From assembly GCF_001194135.2 (NCBI RefSeq), contig NC_069004.1, positions 15,750,905-15,814,904 of the forward strand: a stretch of DNA of 64,000 nt, given 5' to 3'. The notes beneath the pieces are model-generated. The model saw nothing but the letters and a program-made list of their open reading frames with translations, was not told the DNA's origin and made no database searches. Below, in pieces: positions 14,445 through 23,879 of the stretch. Source of the stretch: Octopus bimaculoides. Lineage: Eukaryota. The translations under genes and the position numbers were made by a program. Every line of letters starts with the position of its first letter. Position 1 is the stretch's first letter.

Positions 14445-14835
14445 CAGTATCTTTTATTTCTTACTTATTTCCCTCATTAGACTGTAGCCATGCTGGGACA
14501 CCACTTAAAAGAATTTTTAGTCGAATGAATTGACTCCTGTACTTTTTTCTCAGCCTGGTACTTATTCTATCGATCTACTTTGCTGAACCGTTAGGTTACG
14601 GAAATGTAAACACACCAACACTGGCTATAAAGCAGCAGTGGGAGACAAACAGAGACACAAAGACATACACATTTAGACACATATATACACATATACAACA
14701 GGCTTCTTTCAGTTTCTATCTACCAAACAAGGCTTTGGTTGGCCTGAGGCTATAGTAGAAGACACTTGCAGTGGGACTGAATCCAGAACCATGTGGTTAG
14801 GAATCAAGCTTCTTACCACACAACCATGCTTGTGC
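14445..14835 (-). mobile_element. tRNA-derived SINE
   Basis: Same family as 63545-63955, with the tRNA-like head at the right end on the minus strand and an internal (CA)n. Confidence 0.75.
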
Positions 14836-15394
14836 ATATGTCTAACAAAAAGAAGAAGATGAGGCCATCATCTTTGATCATATGTCTGCTCCATCAATGC
14901 CTGGCCTTTCCCTAACTCTGTATTACTTCCATTATTTGGTTCTTATGTTTTAGACTCCTATACTTTCATCTTGATCAACTTCTTTATTGAGATCTGATTT
15001 CCAGTTGTAACACTGTTCATCTTGATGCCACTTGCAGAATATCTTGTAATCTCATTTTCTGTTACTCTAAATTGTTGCACCTCTGAAAGAAAAACTCGTT
15101 CATGTAAAGTGTATTAATATTAGGCTCATGATCATTAGGTTGTGGATTTGACACTTTTCATATTATTCCAGTTTACTCAGCTAAAAATGAGTACTTGCTG
15201 AATGCTGGTGAATCCCCTTTCCTCTCCAGATGTCACATCCTCAATGTTTCTCTGATTAATGTGATGGGTGGCCAAGAAGATGTCTATGTCTTCTCATGAC
15301 TCCTAAAACAAGTAGTAAAAGGATCTTACTTACTACCAGACCATATTCATTTCTGACTGACAACTATGGGTTTTTTTTAATATTTGTTAAGCAG

Positions 15395-15770
15395 CTGTGT
15401 GGTAAGAAGTTTGCTTCCTAACCACATGGTTCTGGGTTCAGTTCTACTCTGTGGTAACTTAGGCTAATTTCTTCTACTATAGCCTTGGGCTGACCAAAAT
15501 TTTGTGTGTGGATTTGGTAGATGGAAACTGCTATCATATATATTCATGTGTGTTTTTGTGTCTATGTTTGTCCCCCACCACCACTTGACAACTAGTGTTG
15601 GTGTGTTTATGTTCCCGTAACTTAGCTGTTTGGCAAAAGAGATTGATATAATAAGTATCAGGCTTTCAAAAAAAATAAGTACTGGGGTCAATTTGTTCAA
15701 CTAAAAAGTTTTCAAGGCAGTGGCCCAGCATGGCTGCAGCCTAATGACTGAAACAAGTAAAAGATAAAAG
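15395..15770 (+). mobile_element. tRNA-derived SINE
   Basis: Head gctgtgtggtaagaagtttgcttcctaaccacatggttctgggttcag (A/B-box-like) followed by the shared body and an aagataaaa tail. Confidence 0.75.
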
Positions 15771-15940
15771 TCTAAGCTGCTAGTAAGGTAACAGATCTAT
15801 TTTGATTCTTGGTTGTAGTCACCTCACTTTACATAAGCTGTTAATTCCATTCAGGGAAATCAACATTCTCATTGTGTACTCCCTTTAAGATGTGTGTTTC
15901 TTGTGAGAAATTTATATTTTGCTTTGTTCTGTATTTTTAG

Positions 15941-16042
15941 CTGTGGTTGTGAACTCCCAGTTTTTTGATGTGACCAACGTACCCCAGGTCACAGTTGGAG
16001 AGTTAACCAGCCTACATATTACCATGATGAATGCCGACAATG
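15941..16042 (+). CDS. TRAPPC9: TRAPPC9 coding exon E
   Basis: Strong acceptor ttttgctttgttctgtatttttag and donor G|gtaagt; 102 nt, phase 1->1; only this frame is open. Encodes (T)VVVNSQFFDVTNVPQVTVGELTSLHITMMNADN, like human VLVDGQ...ACQVGDPVRLEVRLTN. Confidence 0.9.
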
Positions 16043-16524
16043 GTAAGTTTGATGTTTTTTGTAGTTCAAGTAAACTTTGATCAACTCTTCTCAAGCAAAT
16101 GTATAAGAAGGGTAAAATTAGTTGACCTGTTTTTCTTGCAATTCAGTTAAACCATCCACATATGCATATATTTATTGGTATGTATAATGTCTGTTTTCAT
16201 TTATATATTTAGAATATAGTTTTGTCTATCGGTTGGGTTTAATGTCTTTCTGTCTGTCTGTCTATGTGTGTGTTTGATTAGTTGAATATATGAAAAGTAG
16301 CTTTTAACCAATTTCCTGTCCACCTTCTCATTTAAAGTCTCAACTTAATATTTAGCATGATGTGTCTTTCCTTATATGCGCAGTCCTTCTCATCTACCTC
16401 TCCACTCTCATCTTAGATACACCACACATTATCAGGACATTCTTATTCTTTGAATTTTCCATGCCCATGAACACAATTGCTGTTTATATGCCCTTTCTGT
16501 CTATTTTTTTTTCCCTTTTTGTGT

Positions 16525-16604
<80 letters not shown>

Positions 16605-17141
16605 GTGTGTATTTTTCCCTTGTTAACAATTAACATGCATATATATATAGGAGAGTATTGTAGTTCACTTGAAGCATTGTATATTGTTTGTAAAAAATAA
16701 TAAATAATAATAATAATGTGTTTTGAATGGCACAACAAAGCATTATAATAATAGCAATGGATTATAATAACTGTTATAATTTAATCATCCATAGTCTGAT
16801 ATAATATTTCGAAATATAAAAATTCCTTCTTCAGAAGACAAACTCAGCTTTTATAATGATATATAATTTTCATAATACCTTATCACATTTATTGATTTAT
16901 TTGGTTGCCTTAATTTTGGGACACCCTGTATATATGGAAAAACACCACATAAACATATAAGAAATATGTATTTCAAAATACACACACATATATACCATCA
17001 TCATCATAATCGTCATTTAGCATCCATTTTCCATGCTGGGATGGGTTGGACAGGTTGACCAGACCTGGTGAGGCCACACCAGGCTCCATTGTCTGTTCTG
17101 GCATGATTTATATGGCTGGATGCACTGGTGCCCTTCCTATA

Positions 17142-17190
<49 letters not shown>

Positions 17191-17495
17191 GAAATTTACA
17201 GAAAAACAAAAGATGAAAACTGGTATATGAACAACAAGCAGTTTGATGTTCAGGAAAGTGAGAAAGTTTTCTATGTTTCAAGCCAATGCTCTTCAGCATA
17301 AAGGAATAAGAGAAAATAAACAGAGAGAGAATAAAAATCTTATGGATTTAGCAATCAAGCACGGCAATTGGTTATATATATTAATGACCTGCAGAGACAC
17401 TGTATTTAATTATGCAACCATAATATACTACAAAGTATATTAAACTTTTTTAGAAGTTAATATTGTGTTCTACTGTGTTAGCAGTGCTATTACAT

Positions 17496-18030
17496 CACTT
17501 GTTAAGATTATCTCTATGGATTTTCTATAGAAATTATAGCCATTGCTGATTTTCTTATAGTGTTTTGTATCCGAGATGCCTGATGCAAATAACAATGAGA
17601 TCGAAGATGAAAAGTGGGTTATGGTTATATATATATATATACCATTTTTGGGGAGTTTTTGCTCCTTCGTCAGCACCTATTCAACCCAGTAATCATCCAC
17701 AAACACATTGCTTAGATAGCTGCTAAATGTAGTGGTGTAACATTTTTGGATATACCAATTTTACATATTTAACACATTTCTGGAAGCAAGTGTGTACATA
17801 TTAATGACTTGTGGCTATCTAAGCAATGTGTTTGTAAATGATTAATGGGTTGGATGGGTGTTGATGCAGGAGCAAAAACTCCTGAAATATGGCATATACA
17901 CCCATTAACCATTTTTCATCTTTGATCTTATTGTTGTTTACATCAGGCATCTCAGATATGAAATATCATAACAAAATCAGTACTGGTTATAATTTCTATA
18001 GAAAACCTGTAGAGATAGCCTTAACAAGTG
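17496..18030. repeat. Fold-back / MITE-like element with about 220-bp inverted arms
   Basis: 17496-17720 is the diverged reverse complement of 17814-18030; the ORF-track peptides 17470-17676(-) and 17889-18092(+) are near copies of each other. Confidence 0.85.
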
Positions 18031-18054
18031 AAATATATATATACATACATATTT

Positions 18055-18264
18055 ATATAAGGGCATTACTACAGAATAATGCCACACACTAGACTTCCCA
18101 AATAAATACATTTAGTACCGATATAAGGGCATTACTACAGAATAATTCCACACATTAGACTTCCCAAATAAACACATTTAGTACCGAATGCGCGCATTCG
18201 GTACTAAATGTGTTTATTTGGGAAGTCTAGTGTGTGGCATTATTCTGTAGTAATGCCCTTATAT
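18055..18264. repeat. 66-bp tandem duplication plus 144-bp loopless palindrome
   Basis: 18055-18120 is repeated at 18121-18186. 18121-18264 is self-complementary about 18192/18193 (gaatgcg|cgcattc) with 2 mismatches in 72 bp. Confidence 0.95.
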
Positions 18265-18369
18265 AAACGCATAATCATATTCTTGGGAATAGAAATTTCC
18301 CTTATGAATTTTTACACACTGGCTTCCTGATAAAATTCTTGTAAAAGATTTTTATCCTTTTTTGAATAT

Positions 18370-18416
<47 letters not shown>

Positions 18417-19257
18417 NNNNNNNNNNNNNNNNNNNNNNNNNNNNNNNNNNNNNNNNNNNNNNNNNNNNNNNNNNNNNNNNNNNNNNNNNNNNNNNNNNNN
18501 NNNNNNNNNNNNNNNNNNNNNNNNNNNNNNNNNNNNNNNNNNNNNNNNNNNNNNNNNNNNNNNNNNNNNNNNNNNNNNNNNNNNNNNNNNNNNNNNNNNN
18601 NNNNNNNNNNNNNNNNNNNNNNNNNNNNNNNNNNNNNNNNNNNNNNNNNNNNNNNNNNNNNNNNNNNNNNNNNNNNNNNNNNNNNNNNNNNNNNNNNNNN
18701 NNNNNNNNNNNNNNNNNNNNNNNNNNNNNNNNNNNNNNNNNNNNNNNNNNNNNNNNNNNNNNNNNNNNNNNNNNNNNNNNNNNNNNNNNNNNNNNNNNNN
18801 NNNNNNNNNNNNNNNNNNNNNNNNNNNNNNNNNNNNNNNNNNNNNNNNNNNNNNNNNNNNNNNNNNNNNNNNNNNNNNNNNNNNNNNNNNNNNNNNNNNN
18901 NNNNNNNNNNNNNNNNNNNNNNNNNNNNNNNNNNNNNNNNNNNNNNNNNNNNNNNNNNNNNNNNNNNNNNNNNNNNNNNNNNNNNNNNNNNNNNNNNNNN
19001 NNNNNNNNNNNNNNNNNNNNNNNNNNNNNNNNNNNNNNNNNNNNNNNNNNNNNNNNNNNNNNNNNNNNNNNNNNNNNNNNNNNNNNNNNNNNNNNNNNNN
19101 NNNNNNNNNNNNNNNNNNNNNNNNNNNNNNNNNNNNNNNNNNNNNNNNNNNNNNNNNNNNNNNNNNNNNNNNNNNNNNNNNNNNNNNNNTCTCTCTCTTT
19201 TTTACTCTTACTCTCTATATTATACGTTGAGCTCGTGATCGATGTGTAAGAACGCCG

Positions 19258-19484
19258 GTACAAGTCGAAGGGAAGAAATATAAAAGTTGCTAGAAACAGC
19301 CAAATCTCCCTTAAATCACACAAAGTAAATGGAATTTTAAAATTTTTACATTAATGGAATTTTTTCAATGTGAACTTTCCAGTGCAGAAATTAGATTTTT
19401 AAAATTCCGTTTACTTTGTGTGATTTAAGGGAGATTTGGCTGTTGTTTCTAGCAACTTTTATATTTCTTCCCTTCTACCTGTAC
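19258..19484. repeat. Hairpin element with about 85-bp inverted arms
   Basis: gtacaagtcgaagggaagaaatataaaagttgctagaaacagccaaatctcccttaaatcacacaaagtaaa (19258-) pairs with tttactttgtgtgatttaagggagatttggc...tttatatttcttcccttctacctgtac (-19484). Confidence 0.9.
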
Positions 19485-19550
19485 TCACAATCATTGACTA
19501 CAATATAACTTATGTTCGTCAATATTTGGTAAATATACCACGATTTTCAC

Positions 19551-19725
19551 TAGGGTGTTAGGGTTGGAGTTTTAGGGTCAGGGTTAGGGTTTTAGGGTTA
19601 CGGTTAGGGTGTAGGGATAGGGTTACGGTTGGGGTTAGGATTAGGGTTAGTGTTATGGTTACGGTTTTAGGGTCAGGGTTAGGGTTTTAGTGTTAGGGTT
19701 AGGTTTAGGGTTTTTGGGTTAGGGT
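19551..19725 (+). repeat. Degenerate interstitial telomere-like (TTAGGG)n array
   Basis: About 175 bp of ttaggg, tcaggg, ttacgg and ttttaggg variants. Confidence 0.85.
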
Positions 19726-20306
19726 GTGGTAATCGTGCGGGTGTTGATCTGAAAAATTACAGAAATGTTAAAATTACCGACCCTGCCATCTATTATATCT
19801 TTTGTTCTGTTTAATATATACATAGATTATGCCTCCAAAGAAGAGAGTTTGCTGGGGAAAGAAAGCAACCGGTTTAAAATGACAGCAACAGACTGTAGCA
19901 ATTCACCACATTCCAGAAGATACTTTGAACGTAATGCAAAATGGTGCATCAACATCTGATAGAATTCTGATAGAATTCTGGCAAAACTGTGTAGCAACAG
20001 ATTGCCACCAATTGCTTCATCAGAAATTGCCGTCCTAGCTCCTGCTAAAAGGGATTACCCTGCTATGTATAATCAGGGCAGCGCAAAAAGTTGTTTTGCA
20101 CAAGCATTTGTATAGCCAATTAGATGGATGAAATTTACGTACGCTTAATAATGTTAAGCAAAACAGCCTTCAGACTTTCCCTATTAATTTCATCGTCTTT
20201 TGAATTATGAACATATTTACATCATAAGGGTCTTTTCATTGTAACGCTTTCTTTTTTAGTTGATTTTCACCTAGCAAGACTTATCGTAGATAGCGTAATA
20301 AGTCAC

Positions 20307-20336
20307 ACCCGGACAACGTCGGGTTATACTGCTAGT
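20307..20336 (-). mobile_element. Helentron/HINE-like terminal motif
   Basis: Minus strand actagcagtataACCCGACGTTGTCCGGGT, the same motif as 47752-47781. Confidence 0.5.
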
Positions 20337-20399
20337 AGGAACATATAAATATGCTAACTTACATAAGTACATACTTATATACATACATAGGTATACATA

Positions 20400-20638
20400 T
20401 ATAGAGAGAAAAAAGTGAAAGGGGTACAGTGAACTTGCCATGAGGAGTAGAATATCCAACATTTCAGATTCAATCCTTCATCAGGGTGTAGAGAAAAAGT
20501 GGAAAAGTCAAACAGTTTACATCCTCTCAACATTTTTCTCTTTTTCTCTACTTCTGACGAAGGATTGAATCTGAAACGTTGGATATTCCACTCCTCACAG
20601 TAATTTCACTGTACCCCTTTCACTTTTTTCTCTATATT
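20400..20638. repeat. Fold-back element with about 100-bp arms, each carrying a Penelope pLTR/hammerhead-like motif
   Basis: 20400-20497 pairs with 20541-20638. CTGACGA-aggattgaatct-GAAACGTT at 20554-20580 (+) and CTGATGA-aggattgaatct-GAAATGTT on the minus strand at about 20456-20484. Confidence 0.8.
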
Positions 20639-20754
20639 TTTCAAGTCTTGCCGACACAGAGCTATTAGATTATTGCCTGGGAGATGCTTGTCCCCCTCAA
20701 ACTCTTGAATTCATTTCCTTCATATGTTTATGCTTTTTCATTGGAAATGCTTTC

Positions 20755-20804
<50 letters not shown>

Positions 20805-21018
20805 GTTTTCCCAAGTAAAATTGCATTTTGTATTTGAAACTCCGATGAAGTTCTAAAGTGATACACAAACATTCAACTTTATTGCATCTTATAGCAGAAA
20901 CAGCTGTAAGCTAATGAAGTTCATGACATGATTTCTTATTCTTTTGTTCTTCTAATTTCTTTATATATATGTATACATATATATGTATGTACATATAAAA
21001 TATATGCTTGTGTTTCAG

Positions 21019-21140
21019 TGGATGCCTACCAAGCTGAACTAAATATCAGTTGTTATCAAGATCTTGGCTGTGGTAGTTCATGGTATAGTACAGAGCAGCA
21101 AAGTTCTATTATTGGTATCAGATCACTGAAGATTGACAAG
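21019..21140 (+). CDS. TRAPPC9: TRAPPC9 coding exon F
   Basis: Acceptor gcttgtgtttcag and donor AAG|gtacac; 122 nt, phase 1->0. Encodes (V)DAYQAELNISCYQDLGCGSSWYSTEQQSSIIGIRSLKIDK, like human [35 protein letters not shown]. Confidence 0.85.
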
Positions 21141-22311
21141 GTACACATTCGTTTTCCTTTTCTTTCCCAAATGTCCAAATTTCTTGCATCAACACTTCAA
21201 TTAACTCTGCCTTACTTCATTTTATTGTTTCTGTTGTCCCTCACTTCTATGAATGTCTCTTTTGCCCACACCTTTATCTGTTACATTTGTTATTCCTCAC
21301 TTCTATCTATTACCTCTGTTATCCCTTACTTCTATTGTCTCTGTTCCACCTTATCTCTATTGCTTCCTGTTATCTCTCACCTCTTTCTATTCTCTTCGAT
21401 CTTCAATTTTTATCCCTGTCAACCCTCACTTTATCTGTTCTATCTCATGTCTATCAATTGATCCTGCTGATCTACCTTACCTCTATCTGTTGTCACCTCA
21501 CCTCTACCTTATCCTTCTCGTTCCACATCACTTCCTTCTGTTGACTCTATTGTTTCTCATCTCTATGTTTTGCTCTTGGTAGTATTTTACCCAAAACACA
21601 GGGCAAAATTGGGGTCAGCACAGAAAATTTCATTTCTTCAGTCCTGAAGACCCCCTGATCATACCAACTCCACACTCCAACACTAAATACTAACATTCAC
21701 TTACAATTCATTCTCTGGATCTACCATTGTTCTCCTGGTGCATTGCTTTAGGCATTCAGGTGGATATTTAAAGCATGTTCTTTCACTGATTGATCTGTGG
21801 CTCTGGTGAGACACTACCTTCAAAGATTTTAGTTGATCTTTATCTCTTGAATCACTAAGTTACAGAACTAAGAGGAATGCAATACTAGTGTAAATATAAA
21901 AAAACATACTCACAAACAAAGGACTTTTGTCACAATTTCCCCTAAAGGCATTGGTGATTCAAGGCTATAGTAGAAGTCCAATGTGATGAACCACATGATG
22001 GCTGCTGTAAAGTTTCAGACTACAAGTTGTACTCAAAACCTCGATCAGTCTGATACTATAGAAGAAGACACTGATTTAAGGTGCCACATGTTGGAATTGA
22101 ATCTGAAACTACATAGTTGAAAAGTAAACCTTTTAGCAAAACATGCATGGACATACCTGTACCAATGTGAGGATGTTTGAAATTAATTATATCAATTTTA
22201 AAATAATTAAATGATATTACTACTTCATTCTTTTCAAATTTATTTCATTAGTTTATTTGTTTGTATGTTTGTTTTAATACATTTAAAAAAATTTTTGGTT
22301 TCCATGTTTAG

Positions 22312-22608
22312 CTGGCCCAAGGTAACAGTATCAGCCATGAGTGCCATCTCTTATTTTACCACAGTGGGGTTTACAAATTTGATATCCAATGTGCCTACCA
22401 GCGGCAGCCTTCAAAAACAAGCAGGACAACTGTCTCCAAATGTACAACATCGTCACCAGTGACTAAAATGAAAGACAATAGCTACGGTGGTGATGGCAGC
22501 ACCAGTCAGGCTGCAGCGGGGGAACCTGTTAACCTTGGACGCACATCTTGGAAGTGTACTCCTATTGTACTGATTAAGGTTCTCGAGTCAAGAACTCATC
22601 ATTTGTAA
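22312..22608 (+). CDS. TRAPPC9: TRAPPC9 terminal coding exon G (ends at TAA)
   Basis: Acceptor ttttggtttccatgtttag; 297 nt, phase 0 to stop. Encodes LAQGNSISHECHLLFYHSGVYKFDIQC...SWKCTPIVLIKVLESRTHHL*, matching human ALLFLYTGDFFLHIRF...SWFCLPSVHVCALE. All seven exons join with consistent phases and no internal stop. Confidence 0.9.
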   Translation: MAQGNSISHECHLLFYHSGVYKFDIQCAYQRQPSKTSRTTVSKCTTSSPVTKMKDNSYGGDGSTSQAAAGEPVNLGRTSWKCTPIVLIKVLESRTHHL

Positions 22609-22698
22609 AACATTATTGACCAATTGTAAATCATTACTTGGCAACATTTCCAGTTAACCCAGCAAAAGAAAAAGAGAAGCCACTCAGCAGCCCTAAAT

Positions 22699-22870
22699 AA
22701 TAAAGAAAGTTCCTTGAAAACAAAGTGACTTTTGTGAATGAATAACGCATCTTGTACAGGAAGTTCTTCAAGGATTTCAGAGAAATAATTATAGGATTTA
22801 TAAACGGTTCATTATTACAAAGTTATTATTTCTGTCGTAAATAAATAAATTTTCTAATTCTTTGTTGTTT
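22699..22870 (+). terminator. Candidate polyadenylation signals of TRAPPC9
   Basis: AATAAA at 22699-22704 and 22840-22845; the second is followed by a T/GT-rich tract (ttttctaattctttgttgtttc). Confidence 0.55.
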
Positions 22871-23129
22871 CTTTATAACCTTATAACCACACAAAGATTT
22901 GCATATATACACTACACAGTACTATGTGTGCTGTTGTTGCTCTTTCAGGGCAGGTTGTTGGGTATTCATTGCTTAACCAATTATTGTTTTGGTGTCATCT
23001 CTGTCCTGGTTATTGAGGTATGCATCAAATATAGGACATTTGCTGTATACCTTAACTCTCTCAAGAAAATTATATCTTTAGTACTATATGCCATATCTAA
23101 ATGGGTCCATTCTTAACTGATGTTTTAGA

Positions 23130-23630
23130 AATTCAGTTAACGCTCTAGGTATTGCCTTCCCATCAGATTTAGCCTTTTTTCATAATTCCTTTGCAAATCT
23201 AAACCACTTTTTCAGACGCTCATTAGATGTACGTGAAAGGAATTATTTCCTAATGTTCTCTTTGTCAAATGTTCCATGCCTCTGACTTTGTACTAATTCT
23301 CAAATTCACTTGGTTTGAATTGGAGCCTGTTGTGGCTTACAGTTGTTTTTGGTAAACCCAAATTTGTAAAATTTTTGTCAGAATTTCATTGAATTTATAA
23401 GCAATAATGTGGATCCATTTCCACAAATATAGACCATTTACTGTATACCTCTTCTCTCTCTAGAAAATTATATCTTTTGTTCCATTTACCAAATTTATAT
23501 AGATTTATTCCTAACTTTCTTTCATGCATACAACATCTGTCTAGTAGATTTCATCCTGTTTCCATACAATTATTATAGTTTTTTAATTCCAGGCCAGCAA
23601 GTGTGTATTTTTGACATTTTCTAGAATGTG
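23130..23630 (-). mobile_element. Degraded CR1-like LINE 3' fragment
   Basis: Minus-strand remnants resembling RR...LLI.YK, RG..H..K, NSF..R and F...L of CR1 C-termini; heavily mutated. Confidence 0.35.
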
Positions 23631-23879
23631 AGCTTTGTACCAAAATTATAATCTATCTCTTGCAGCAGCTGCTGACCATTTTCTCTTTCTCTCACTCTCC
23701 TTCCCTTTCTAGATGCAAGTAGTCATTCACATCCTCATCAAGAACTTACTCTCACCTCTCCTCTTATTGTTTAATCCCTTTGTCCCTTAGCATGAAGCTA
23801 ACCCCTCACCTCCACCAGGATCCATAGCACTGCAAAGAATTCTTTCTCACTTTCCTTTACTTGGTCAGAATCTGATTTG

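Noticed and set aside
18352-19323. Long ORFs of 140-460 aa in the track (also around 34.5, 48.4, 54.5-55.9 and 57.3-57.9 kb)
   Set aside because: They are read through N gaps (18417-19189, 34548-34911, 48432-48833, 54667-55557, 57427-57635) and microsatellites, so they are not coding.
19850-20060. Possible Helitron PIF1 helicase remnant (RILAKLCSNRLPTIASSEIAVL)
   Set aside because: There is only one weak motif resemblance, no Walker A motif, and it is on the opposite strand to the nearby Helentron-like end.
22492-22573. MAAPV... start with a good context
   Set aside because: It is a short alternative frame inside the TRAPPC9 terminal exon.
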